Source of the DNA: Rotaria socialis
Taxonomy: Eukaryota
DNA length: 64,000 bases
Reading direction: 5' to 3'
Assembly (NCBI GenBank): GCA_905331295.1
Contig: CAJNYD010000049.1
Location: 62,001 to 126,000, forward strand
This document shows, piece after piece, positions 11,521 to 24,594 of this stretch; positions within the stretch are counted from its first letter, which is position 1; the number at the start of each line of letters is the position of its first letter. The position numbers and the translations under genes were made by a program. The notes under the pieces were generated by a model. The model had not been told where the DNA came from. It was given only the letters and a program-made list of their open reading frames with translations, and did not search any database.

Positions 11521-12365
11521 GAATGGATGGGAAAAGGCAGAAAGGAAAAACGTCGAAAGGAAAAATATCGAAAATTAAAATGTCGACAACAAGAATATGA
11601 GGTGAAAATAAATCTGTAAAATTGAAGTTAAGGGTGAGAAAGATTTCTGTTTCAATATACTCTCGTTTTTGGTTGGCCATAGAAAGGCCGAAAGAAAAAA
11701 TGTCGAAAAGGAAAAATGTCGAAAACAGAAAAGATAGAAAAAAGGGACGTCTCTACTAAATGAAGGTTCTAATAGTTTATTGTTCATTGTTGTTAATCTG
11801 ATTATTCCATTGGTTTGACACTGTTAACCATTGATAAGTAATATCTTATGAAAACTAGCTAAAATAGGCGCAAAATAGTATACAACAATTAAAATTCTAT
11901 CATGATGACTACAGCTTGCTCATTTTTATCTGGTGAGAATCATCCGCCAGCTCCAGTTATTACATTTATTCAGTCGTAAAAAGGAAAACCTTTCCTTGTA
12001 TCAGATAAATATATTTTCAAAATGAATAAAACAACAACAACTAGTAAATATTGGATATGTGTATCTTTCTTTATAACTCTTATTTATCTATGATTGATGC
12101 TATGATGCTATTATGATTTCAAGAATAAAAACATCTTAGTGCAAATTTTCGACATTTTTCCCTTTCGATATTTTTTCTTTCGATATTTTTTCTTCGGCAT
12201 TTTTCCTTTCGTCATTTTCGATATTTTTCCTTTCGGTCTTTCTACGGCACACCTCGTTTTCAACCTTTCTATTTGTCTATATTTGCATTATTTTTGTTTT
12301 CGATATTTTTATTTTCGATATTTTCCCTTTTGACGTTTTTCCTTTCTGCCTTTTTCCACCATACC
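11521..12365 (+). mobile_element. Non-autonomous Mutator-like (MULE) element with FLYWCH remnant
   Basis: Imperfect TIRs (GGAAAAGGCAGAAAGGAAAAACGTC..., with internal AAAAATRTCG sub-repeats). TACTATTC is duplicated at 11513-11520 and 12366-12373. Internal 11902-12060 reads MMTTACSFLSGENHPPAPVITFIQS*KGKPFLVSDKYIFKMNKTTTTSKYWIC, resembling the N-terminal half of a FLYWCH zinc finger. Confidence 0.75.
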
Positions 12366-13328
12366 TACTATTCTATTTTCTCTTACCAATGTACCCAGGT
12401 TAGGGATGCAACAATGACGATAACCGTTTCTTAATGGTAACCGGTACATCTGAATGGGTGGGTATGGATATGGGTGTCCATATGAGAAAGAGCTACAAAC
12501 ACACCCACACCCTTAATCAAGAAAAGCAAGAGTCTGGAAAGAATCGATCCAAGATCATCGACTAGTGAGGTGACCCTTGAATAAAATGACTTTTTTATTG
12601 AAGATATATAATCGAATTCTTCTGATGATATTCATACAAAAAAAGAAAGCAATAAAACAAATTTGGGGGTGTGGGTGTATTGTTTTTTTTAATATTGAAA
12701 AACATTTTGTTGATCATTGGTTTGTTGTACACAATAATTAGATAATGCTTTAAAATTGAATGCATTAAAAATGTCTTGATCAATTGCGATCATACCTTTT
12801 GATTCAAGTTCTTATGTTCCGATAGATGATGATCATATTGTTAACGTTCCTCTTTTTGAACTTTTAGTTGATATATCACGAACAAATCCAATTGGAGTAA
12901 GCTTCATGAAATGTGTAATGAAACCGGTGAATTGATGATGAAGACGTTCTGTTGGAATGATCGCTGTTTCTTCAACTACATGTTTGTTTGCGTGAAAATT
13001 GATTGCCAATTTGGTATCCTATTGTTCAATAATTTGACATGTTGCTGTTTCAATTGCTGTTGTAATTACTAGGAAGTGATTGCTTTGGAGAAAAAACTAA
13101 TCGAAGTAAAAATAGACTGATGAATATAATGAGGTACTTATATAATGGGAGTATAGACGGTGTATACTTTAGCAACATAAAGCAATCGGCAAAAAATATT
13201 CAGAAAATTTAAACATCTCCATCAGAATTATGATACTTCGGATGATTGCTAATATATATCGATAGTTAAATACAACTGATTATCACCAATCATCGAATTT
13301 AAAATATTCATGCACTAAATCAAGTGTT

Positions 13329-13618
13329 CCCAGGTCGGACAGTATGGTCCGTATACGACCATTGATGGTTACTTTACGACTATTTCCCGGGTAAAAGTTT
13401 GCCGTAATATCTGGCGCAGTAGTACGGACCGTATGATCATGAGACTACGAAGCACAAACAGCCGTAAACCGTGAAAATTCAGTGCCGTTTACGGTGCCGT
13501 ATTACTGTGCCAGGTGTTACGGGCAATTACGACCTCTTTACTGCCATAAATATACCGATTTGACATCGTTTACCGTCGATAAACAGACCGTAAACGAGTC
13601 CGTTTTGATCAATCTGGG
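13329..13618 (+). mobile_element. CCCAG...CTGGG MITE, copy 1 (290 bp)
   Basis: Short TIRs, TT on both flanks, and colinear similarity to 16348-16638. Confidence 0.8.
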
Positions 13619-14719
13619 TTCTGAGTCTACTCCGTGCCAATATGCACTAGGAACCCTCTTTTATGTTCATAAAATTGTGTTGTTAGCGTCATTCGTAAAT
13701 GTTTTTTCTCAATGAATTTATGCGATGAAAAATTCCTCTCCCAGAATAATATTAGCCAGGCGATGCTGGCTGGTTTCGAGTTCTGGTATGTACGATCAAA
13801 ATTTCTTTTTTTCTTTCCCATCTTCTTCCGTACGAGATGTAACAGAGACAGAAGAATTTTTTTTTTCTTTCTTACCATTATTCATTCATGATAGATAGAT
13901 CAATGGTCATCAATCAATAATAAACGATCACTAATTGAATTGATCGTCATGTATGTTGATGATTAAATCTTAATGATCTACTTTGATCAATGATCTTTTT
14001 CCTTCGGAAAAGGGATGTAAGTATCGACGATTATCACCCAGCAACTCATTCAGTTTTGAATCATTTTCTAATTCTTTTTCTTTTTCTATTTAGATCCTTC
14101 ATCAACGGCAACAAGCAACAACATTCGCAATGACAATTCAACCTAAAAAAAAGTGTAAGTATCCATTTTTTTCTTCTATTATTATTATTTTATGGTGAAT
14201 GTTCTCTTTTATTCTTTTGTAGATGTGTGCTACATTCTTCTTTTTTAGGTTCAAGAACGATTCTGAACTCGCAGCAAACGTACCGGCTATTTGTAATCGT
14301 CATCAGCTGTCAGGTAAACATACGTTTAAATGTGGTCCTATGAGGGGATGGTATTTTTGACAGGACGTTCTGAGCACACGCTCACTGCAGGCTCATGGGT
14401 AGTTCCTGGTGGCGCGTGAACATGCATAGGAAGAAAAAAAACAGTTTTTGACCACATTCTAGTTCAACATCAGTTCATCACAACGCAAAAAAACTGCGCA
14501 TCACGTGGCTCAAACACCAGCAACCGTCAATAGCAAGTACTCTTTTCTTCTGTTGTGTTTTGAATTTTAATAATAAATATGTTTTGAAGAAACAATTTTT
14601 TTAAAATTTCATTGTCAATCGATAGAGAGGAACATCAAAGGACATTGTTTGAGTTTTACTTCAATCGAGATTGTAAATGTCTTGCTTTTAGACATTTATA
14701 GAAAGAGAAAGCAACAAAG

Positions 14720-15663
14720 TCACAATGTATCCGACAAATATTCGAGAGAAAATCGTTGAACACGATGATTGTACCGATCAGCGACATAGAGATTACCACG
14801 TCGATCGAAAGACAAACCAATAGTGACGGCGAACTGATTTGCTCCTTCTCCTTCACCATTTCCACCCACAATTACAGTGCCTTGTTGCGCTCCTTGAGTC
14901 CAACGCATTACACGGTGATTCAATGAGTCTGCCACATAGAGTGTACCCAACATATCAACGAAGAGTCCATTAGCATACTTCAATTGTGTCAAAGCTCTCC
15001 CTTCGCCTTGACCTCCAGCGACGACAATGCCTTCTTTTGCACCTTTACTCCATTTCATTACACGATGATTTCCATTGTCTGACACGTAGACATTCTGTTG
15101 TGGATCGACAAAGAGAAAAGCCGGAAAGCTGAGTTGATTGAGACCATCACCGTTGCCATTTCCACCAGCCACGAGAGTACCAACCTTGTCTCCCCATTGT
15201 CATTGATATCGTCTTACTTCTGTTCCGCCATTAGAGACGTAGAGATATCTCTGATGATCCATTGCCAATCCCCGACAATTGATGTTGTCGATGAGGATTT
15301 CTCCTTGCGTTGTGCCACTATGACGAGACCATCGTACAACCCGCCGATTGTCTCGATCGCAAATAATCAGACTATCTGTCTCTTTGTCGATCAATACATC
15401 ATTTGGGCGGTTCAATTGATCCAATCCATATCCTTGACCATTACCACCAGCAACAACTTTTCCATTCGTCATATCACTTTTCCTCTTGCTTTTCTTCCAT
15501 TGCATGATACGATGATTCCCCCAGTCAGCAATGACCACTGTTTTACCATCATCAACGAAGAGACCATAAGGTTGGTTGAGCTGATCGGTGGCACCCCCAT
15601 ATCCGTTACCTCCAGCAACAGTCACTCCGTTCTGTGACCAGTTAGCATTAGTAGGAATATTAA
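14720..15663 (-). pseudogene. NHL-repeat beta-propeller exon with one in-frame TGA (15202-15200); probable last exon of the ART gene
   Basis: AG acceptor at 15665-15664 (phase 1), then NIPTNANWSQNGVTVAGGNG. Repeats of the form VAGGNG.G...QL..P.GLFVD....YVAD..NHRV follow. ORFs 15200-15625 and 14720-15172 are in the same frame. Confidence 0.85.
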
Positions 15664-16347
15664 CTAGAAGAGAAAACGTAAGAATAAAAGCAGATCTCTC
15701 TCTCTCTATCGCGTTGAAGTGATAGTATTATTAGAAAAGAACTACTCTTTCTCTCTCTGTCTCTCTCGAGTATAGCTAGTATATGAAATAGTTCCGAGCA
15801 AACTTCTTTGAATACATCATTTTTTTTATACTGGAAGATTATTCTATAGAAAGAAAATTGTCTCTTAGGTGACAGTGATTAGTATAAGTAGAAAACTCGA
15901 TAAAAATGAATGAAAAAGTTATATTAAAAGAATATTGGACTCTAGTAATTGTGTGATCAATCATACATATAGCATATCGTTCTGTCTGTGTCTTAAACGT
16001 ATTTAAATTCTATCTTTTGTCGAAAACCAAACTTAAATAATTATGTAGAAACATATAATTACATCATTGTCTTGTTAACATCTGTTTAAAAGTTTTGGTT
16101 GTAAGATTTCTACTAATTTATTCGTTCATCGAATTTTGAATTCTAAGAAAATGTTTGACTTTCTATAATGAAAAAAACTCAGAAATCGGTACTTGTTTTC
16201 TGGGAATCATTTTAACAATGAGTTTATATACTAAATATATCGAGTCATTGTTGTGTTTCGTCTCATGTGTGTGTGTATAAGTCAACCGACACTGATGTGC
16301 ATTCATTATTTCGGTTAGCTAGCTATAGCAAGTTATGATACACCCTA

Positions 16348-16638
16348 CCCAGGTCGAACAGTACGGTCCGTATACGGCCGTTTACGGTTTGCTTTACGAC
16401 TATTTTACGCACGAAAGTTTGCCGTAATATCTAGCGCAGTAATACAGACCGTATGATCATGAGAGTACGGAGCACAAACAGCCGTAAACCATAAAAATTC
16501 AGTCCCGTTTACGGTACCGTATTACTGTGCCAGGCATTTTAGGCAAATATGGCCTCTTTACTGCCGTAGATATACCGATTTGACATCGTTTACCGTCGAT
16601 AAACAGACCGTAAACGAGTCCGTTTTGATCAACCAGGG
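16348..16638 (+). mobile_element. CCCAG...CTGGG-family MITE, copy 2 (intronic)
   Basis: Direct-orientation copy of 13329-13618. The right end is degenerate (CAGGG). Confidence 0.8.
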
Positions 16639-18139
16639 AATAAGACACGAACACAAACATTTTTAACAATAAGGGGCGATCAAGTGCAATTAGTTTCATT
16701 TTATCTATCTTATAGATCAAAATAATTAAAATACCTACTTAATTTATTGAAACAACGAATCAGAAACTTGATCAAGTTGAATTAGTTAGCTGATTATAAC
16801 TAGGGTTGAATATTATAATTCGAGTTATAACTAGGCCAATTTTAATCCTCACAGTGATTCAATATTATATAGTTGTAAAAAAAATCATTCAATCAAACTT
16901 CTCTAGATAAATGATGAATAAATAGTATTCGTGCATAATCTCTCGGATAACTTTCGTGTCAAATGAGCTAGCATAGCTATAAGGCCTTTTGTTTCAGATT
17001 TCTTGCTTTTGAAATTTTTTCTAGAATAACGCTAGCTATTTTGAAAAAGTGTAACAAGCATTTATTTCACGTTCTATTATTTCATCAGTTTTTATTGAAA
17101 CATATACTGAAAAGAGCATGGGCGGCACAAGCTCAAGTCTCTAGGGGAAGCAATAGGGTATAGGTGTGGGTTAAGAAAAAAAGTACACCCACACACCCAC
17201 ACCCACACCCATCATAGACTCATGATAGCATATTATAAATTCAGTTTTTAAATAAACTCTTTGTCTGTTGTAAAAAGAGTTGGAAAAGCTAGTTATACAT
17301 CTAATCAAGATCTGTGTAAATGAGTTTTTCTTCTTGGTAGACTTTTCCGCATTCATACATCTCTTTTCGACTCAAAGTAGAGAAAATCATGATGCTCAAG
17401 AATTAATTACTTTGTGAAAATTCGTAGAATTTCTCAGAAATCGATATAATAGCACTATACAACAATTGATGCAACAAGTAAATTGAACAGTAAGATGACG
17501 AGTTCTCTTAATTTTCAAATTGATAAAGAAGTTATGAGTGGAATTGAAATAAATAAGCGTAAAACGCGTAACAGATCTTGATTGATAGTAGCCAAAATCA
17601 AAAGAACTATTTATATTTAGGCGTATAACATGCAACTATTGCTTCTTTTTAACAAATCACTTGTAGTCTTTTCTACTTGTTTTCAATACGCTATCCAAAG
17701 ACTTAAATACCGATAATAAAACTTTTTCTGTGTGTATATAACTTCGGCACATCTTTAATCTCTTCGATCGAATCATTTGTTTTATGAATAAACATTAAGA
17801 TAATATATTTGTATAGATAGTGAAGTTAATTTTACTCGTCATTGTCTTCGAACAACTAATATATGCAAAATCATACTTTGTTCCCTAATTTCTAATTGAA
17901 TTTCAATTTTCAAGGAATTCATATTCGTTGAAGAACTCATTCGTTACAATCTGTTATTTCGAACAGAGTAAGAAGTTATGTTAGATTTGCTAAATATCAG
18001 AGAGCAGAAGCAGATTCTCTTAAAAAGTGATGATATGATCTATGCGAGGTTTTCCTATGAGTGCATCGTACCTGACAAATGCAAGTAGTTCTATTCACAT
18101 AGTCCACACTAGCAAAACAATAAAACAGCAATATCTTAC

Positions 18140-19451
18140 CTTCATTAGTTGAAGCACTAATTTTTACATCGGACATCTGAAACAATGAGATATTTCATCA
18201 ATGCTTTTTTTTCTTAATTATCTATGATCTTACTTGGCCAGTGATAGAATTGATTCCTGTCCTTTTGCTAGTACTGGCAGCTGCTCCATGTCTATCGATC
18301 TATAAATAGAATGATATAAGTGTTAGTTTTAGAAGACAATAGAAAATAGTTGGATTTACTGTAGATTTATTTGAATGTGTCATTGACTTTTCTTTGCTTA
18401 TGTCAAACGAAGTCGCTGTCGAATCACCTGTAATAAAAAATCGCCATTTATTAATTTTTCTTGATACCACTTTCGTGCATATGTTCGATAAATTCAGCGG
18501 AGCCGACCGAAAAGCAACGGAATCTATAGGATCCGATGCGGGAAACGATCGGATCCACTGGTCGGATTGAATCTCATGGGCTATTTATTGTTTTCCATGA
18601 AGGCATCGTTGATTGGTGTTAGATTATGTCTCCGTTAAGTAAGCATTATACGTGTATTATCTTTCGAACTCACCAGATGGATTTGATTGAATTGGTAATG
18701 AACCAACAATAGGTACTGGTTGTAAAAGTGGAAATGGTGGCGTAGTTTCTTCCAATTGAATAATGTGAAGATTACCTTGATCAAGGGAGCTGACTACTTT
18801 GAATTGAGTTGCAGCCATTAGAAGTAATTCATCTTCAACTGGATAAAACGAATACTTGCTTATGTCTCTGGCTGATTTACAGTGTAAGGTAAACATAGTT
18901 CTACTATCGGTCTTTCCCAAGAACAATTCTGATTTTAGCACACCGACAGATGTCGTGCACGATGAGAAGCCCCACCAAACAATTGTTTCTCCTTCGATAT
19001 AGCGATTGCAGAGGTCCAATTTGACACCTCTATATGCATCTGTCGAAACCAGCGGAAGACGAAACAGTGCATTTAGAAAAAGTCTCAAATAAAAATACCA
19101 AGGTTGGAGTTTTTGCTGTCGATCCTTCGCTCGCAATGTATTGTTTAAGACTACGTAGAGACATTCGTCAAGAGGTTCCCACCCCATTGTGTAAAGCATA
19201 ATCGATGCAGATTCATCTTGTGTTAGTTTATCGTCAGGTTTCTTACATTTTAATTTAGCAATATATGCATGACTCTGAACATCGGGTACAATAGGAACGA
19301 GTGGTACGACTGCTTCTTCAAGTGAAACAAGGGATGATTTCGAATAACCAGTAATGGGTGCAAGAATTTCCAGTGACTCTTGTGCAACGTCAGTGATACG
19401 TAATAAACGCTGTAATGCCGCCGCTTCTTCTCCTCCGCCTACGGTGGCCAT
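18140..19451 (-). CDS. Mono-ADP-ribosyltransferase (R-S-E, cholera-toxin-like clade), exons 19451-18674, 18427-18360, 18299-18234, 18176-18140
   Basis: Motifs AYRGV, WWGFSSCT and YPVEDELLL (E-x-E). The GT-AG junctions are phase compatible. No signal peptide. Confidence 0.85.
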
Positions 19452-21220
19452 GTTTACAAGGAAGAAAATTCTTTATGAAATAAAAAAATGACAAATATCT
19501 GAAAATTAAAACCGAGAGATACTTTCTACAATGTCGATTATTTTGGATATTTTTATGGAAATATCTTTTTATAAGGAGTGCGGCTGTGAATTTTCAATTT
19601 ACTCACATCTTCGCTCACCCTCTCGAACACCATCATTAAATATATAGAATAAAATCACAACTGATCACATAAGTGAATTAGTTTCTTTAAAAAATGTTAC
19701 TGCCCATCTAACGCATATTTCAATGAGTCGAAAACTTTTACCACTAATCGAAAAAACTCACCATAGACCTCAAGCGTGAGATTGTACTAGACCAACCGAA
19801 TTCGGTGGCAGACTGTAGGGGATACGATCACGCTTACTGTGAGACTAATTTCATGATACAATAAGGCCCTTGTTATTTTTTTCAATGGTTTCAGAATTCT
19901 TCGTCTGTAAAAGTTCACCCATATGTTACCAAGACTTAAGGTAGCTGAAGCGATTTCTATGTCGACGAACGATGAAGACTAAGGAATAAGAGCGAAGGTG
20001 TGTGATCGTAGTACTGGCATTGTTTACGAACGCTACTGCATCCCTATATGCGTGTGACTGTCAGGATTGTTCATATCAGACTCATACTCGTTCTCAAAGA
20101 TTTAGCTGAAATTCATCTAGAGGAATAAATTATTAAATCACAAAACTTATCAGATGTACCAGAGTATTGATCATTCAACGTGTGGGCGAAGGACAGATTA
20201 TTAAGAGTATTCTTCGTGACGACTCAGACTTTTCGCAACAGTATTTTGCGTCCCATGCCATGTACTACGTTCAGTTATACTCAGGCCAACTTCCTCAGGC
20301 TTCATTATATTCATTTTGATCAGTTAACTATTTATTAACTGAAACCCTTGAAGTCAAAGGGGGAAAAAAAAAGAATAGTCGATTCATAGTAGTTTGCTGC
20401 TCACCATACAACATTCCTGATAGATTATTTTGCTTTTAAAACTCTTCTTAACAATTTACTCACCCGGACTAATCATTTAAAATCAATAATCGGTTTTTAA
20501 TTGATGAAAATAATATCTTTTACGGCTGGCTATGCTTCCTTGTTGTTTTGTCTGAATGATTTTTTTTTTACATTTTGCTGTATAGCAGCATTATAAAATC
20601 CATTTCTGTTTGCTTTGCAACCTGCTTTTTTTCCTACATGCGCACACGTCCGAAAAGGACTGTACATAGCAACAGTCAAACACTTAAAGGAAGAGTAAAT
20701 AAGGAGCGATGAAAAAGACGAAAAAAATCATTTTTTTTCAATGCAAATCCTTTAACTCTGAATATACTCGTTGAAATCGAAATACTGTTTAATTGATGCT
20801 AGTTGGATTCGTACATAAAAAAATAGATAATAATATATAGCTTTTTAATTATCTATAACTAGTTTAAACAAGTTTTTGTAGTTACTTTCAAATTCAAATG
20901 AATAATACTTATAAAAGATGTGCCAAAATCTAATGATCATTCAGATCATTATTTTGCCAATTTAGATATATTTTAGAACATTCGATGCTGCAATTTATTT
21001 CCTTATTTAAGAAAAGAATATTTGAACACAAAAATTTGATTTATTCTTCCTATAATCCCTATGAGAACAAATAACTTTGTAACATTGTGAAATTCTGACG
21101 AATTTTGTTTTTAAATCTTGCTGACTGTGGTTTTCCGGGTATGAACGAATCAATAAAGTTTATAATGAGGGTGTGGGGTGTGGGTGGGTGGGTGTGGATA
21201 GATAAACGATATATCCACAC

Positions 21221-22013
21221 CCTATTCTGTCAAACGTTTTACAAGATTCGAATTGCTGGATGCTTCTCTACAAATAGTATAAGTGCAGTTTTTTTTATAT
21301 TTTTTGTCTTCGATGAGAAAGGTGAATTTTATTAAGCACTGTGCTAAAACGGTCAAGTTCTTTTCCATCTTTTTGCAACTTTCTCTCAGAATACATCTGT
21401 GAAAACACGAAAGTAGGTTAGAAACGATGAAGAATTCGATGGAGATGCTATCGAGATCTTCAGAAGATTTCTGGAAGGGTTTCAGAGTTTTCTGGAGGTT
21501 TTTATCAGGTTTTATAAAAAAATTTAGAGAATCGTAAATGTTTTGGTATGATGATCACCTTTCCCTCTTTACTGTCTAATCTAATTCTTCTTCTCTGTTT
21601 CGGATTATTAGAAGAAAGTTTTTCTCTACCTAAACTAGCATTTACTATGTCTCGAACATAACTGCACGCAGAGAAAATAGATAATCTTAGTCATAGAAGC
21701 ACCTCCCAAATCAAAGACAGCAGACTAGAACCGCTTTTCTCTTCTAGATTTCTGAAAATCTCCCAGAAATCCTGAAGACCTCGGTAGTATTTCCATCGAA
21801 TTCTCCATCGTTTCTGATCTACTTGGTGTTCTCATAGGTGTATTCTGAGCGAAACTTGCAAAAACCTCGAAAAGGACCTGGTCGTTTTAGCACAGTACTT
21901 TGTAAAATTGACTTCTCTCATCGAAGGCAAAAAAATCGCAAAAAACTGCACGCATACTATTTGTAGAGAAGCATCCAGCGATTCGAATCCTGTAAAAAAT
22001 TTGCCAAAATAGG
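21221..22013. mobile_element. Long-TIR (foldback) non-autonomous DNA element
   Basis: ~265-bp diverged inverted arms at 21221-21487 and 21750-22013 (e.g. GATTCGAATTGCTGGATGCTTCTCTACAAATAGTAT vs ATACTATTTGTAGAGAAGCATCCAGCGATTCGAATC). Confidence 0.8.
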
Positions 22014-23689
22014 TTAGGAGCTTTTAGACGCTTCAATTTGGACAGCCTTGACAAATAGACGATTAGGTCTAAAATAATTATCAGTTCATTCTCTTATTCA
22101 GTTTTCAAAACTGAACAAAAATATGACAGTTTGAATAATCCAAGTTGGCATGGAACTTGGAAAACTTAACTTTATAAGAAATAGACGAAAAATCGAGTTT
22201 TTTTTACACAGTTTCAGTTATTTTATTTTTCGAATGGAAGGAAGTCTCGAAAAAATTCAGAGAACGCATATTCTTGCTCGCCTTGAAATTCTCTATTGAG
22301 TAGTGTATAAAGCGTCGAAAAACAAATTTTGCTAGAACCTTGCTATGCGTGCACCTTATGTCTAAAATAAATGAAATAAAAGATTCTTTTTTTTTCTTAT
22401 ATTAAAGATGAAAAACATCCAGTTTGTGATGATGTTTATGTATTATTATGTGAAGAACCATCAGCAACTAAATCTCGATTTTTAAAGCGTATTGAAAAAA
22501 ATAGTGCATCAACCGGTATTTACAAGTGAAAAAGATACATCACCTATTCATTTAATTGTTTATGTACAATAAAATGAAGCTATTACAAAATGAAGACAGG
22601 AAGCTAGTTCATTCGTATTTGGAAGTTTAATAAATTATTCTCTTATTAAGGAGATTATTTTATTTGAGAGTAATCGTGATGTTTGTTTAATTGATTAGTT
22701 TGATAAGATAAAAGAAACAAATGAATCTTTAAGAAAAGATAAATTTTGATTTCGATGTTTGATTATAAGATCGTATACAAATTAATGAAGCTATGAAACA
22801 ATAGAGTATTTTAACATGAAAATCTCCTATTGTAACAACATTTGAAACATGTTGTTCAGCTATTGGTACACAATATCCGGTTAATAGAGAATATTATCTG
22901 TCATTAACATTTATGTATAATAAATGAAGATATTCTATGTACCGTATGTCATATTGTTAACTTTTCATCAGTATTTGTTAAACAATTAAACGATGTTTTA
23001 TGTCAAATAAAATAAAACATTCATAAAAGAAAGAATTTCATTAATATTTTATTTTGAAATTTATTTCAGTTAAATGAAAATGATTTTGTCTGTTGAAGAA
23101 TTCCATAATTCTATGTTAATTATGAGTCACATATATTTTTTAGAATCCTTCATTATATAAATAAAGCTTATGTATATGCTGTTTAACAAAAAGTCAAATC
23201 TAAATATGATTCTATTTTACTAAATAAAGCAATATTAATTAATTAGTTTCCATTGAAAAGAATTTATATTGACATTATTATTAAAAGTATATTCATTAAC
23301 AAACCCCAATCTAGCTTAACATGATCTTTTCATAAGGAAATTGCAATTCTTGAAAAAGAGATAAACTATATTACACTATTTTATCTAATGACTTTCATAC
23401 TATGCCATATGTTGAATATATTTGAACTCTCAAATGTCAAATATCCATTGACATGTGAATATTTTCTTGAATTTGAATTTTGTCAAAAATTTCCGATATC
23501 ATTTTATAATCTATTGAGCTATGAAAATGATAAAAACAAGTTTTATATTGAGTAGCACAATTATATGTTGAGTCTAAAATCAGTAAATATAGAAGAAGAT
23601 ATTTATTTTGAATATCAACTTCTGTAGAGAACCATGATGAAATAAAAATAAAACGTTAATGAAAAAACACAAAACAATAAAAAAGTGTA

Positions 23690-24200
23690 TTAATCATTTT
23701 CTGAGAAACTTATTCCAACAATAAAAAATTCCAAAGACAAGCTGAAAAATATACCAGTGATCATTATTTCTGCGAGTACTAATATTAAACCAGGATATGT
23801 TGTTTTAACACAAAGCATTATAATTAAAGTTAAAAATGTCACGACTAATGGTCCATATGGTGGACCAAAAGCATATAAACTAATGAACGTTGTTCCTATA
23901 GCAACGTATATAATAAAGAAAGACGTATTTTTTGTAGGCATTTTTTAAATGTATTTAGATCTTCAATCATTGTCAATTGAATAAGCAAAGTAACTGATGA
24001 AATAATAAATACAAAACCCATAATGATCTTTCGATCAGTTGTCCAAATTATACTAAATAGAAACTAAATTATTACTATTTTGTGTAGTTTTTTACGTAAT
24101 GAAAACTTACTAGAATTTTTTTTCTTCTTTTTACCTTTTTTGATTGCTGTTGTGAGTCTCGTTTAGGATGTTTTATTTGTGGATTAGAGTTTCTTTTCAT
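23690..24200 (-). pseudogene. Small multi-pass membrane protein (~155 aa) with one frameshift in an A6 run
   Basis: Exon 24200-24111 (MKRNSNPQ..., GTAAGT donor) splices in phase to 24063 (FLFSIIWTTDRKIIMGFVFIISSVTLL...). A 1-nt shift at 23946-23941 is needed to join the hydrophobic ORF 23690-23941. Confidence 0.55.
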
Positions 24201-24391
24201 GTTTTATTCGAAAAACAAAATGTTTATTATAATAAATATTTGAAATGACTATTATACACATTCTCTTCTTTTAGTTAGTGTGTATATAGAGGCTGTTCAA
24301 CAAAATTTTCTTTCGTCCTATGACGAATATTCGAATCAGTTCATATAATACCTTATGTAATATATGGATATATATCATTTCAAATAATCTA

Positions 24392-24594
24392 CCCAGATCA
24401 ATCACGCCCGATCGGATCTTGTCGGTTTCAAATAATTCCGACTGCAACTTATCCAAATTTTGCCGGAATCCTAATTAACAGTCCGACGTCGGATTTGTAT
24501 AAAATCCGATCGAATTCTGTCTTTTTTGTCGGTTTTCGTCGGATTCCTGTCCGGATATCGTCGGAACTCGTTAGTTAGGATTGATTGACCTGGG
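24392..24594. mobile_element. CCCAG...CTGGG MITE with TA flanks
   Basis: TIR CCCAGATCAATCA / TGATTGACCTGGG, TA on both sides, internal TCGGA/TCCGA motifs. Confidence 0.8.

Noticed and set aside
12800..13222. Possible two-exon minus-strand gene relic (MEMFKFSEYFLPIALCC*...)
   Set aside because: Contains stops and has no recognisable homology, so it cannot be supported.
15098..15637. 179-aa plus-strand ORF (likewise 58-330, 48179-48451, 59958-60207, 63542-63791)
   Set aside because: Antisense shadows of real minus-strand coding exons.
17055..17090. Other CTGATGA...GAAA matches (minus strand ~17088; plus strand ~36700, ~23994)
   Set aside because: No stem I/II pairing or properly placed NUH site, so not hammerheads.
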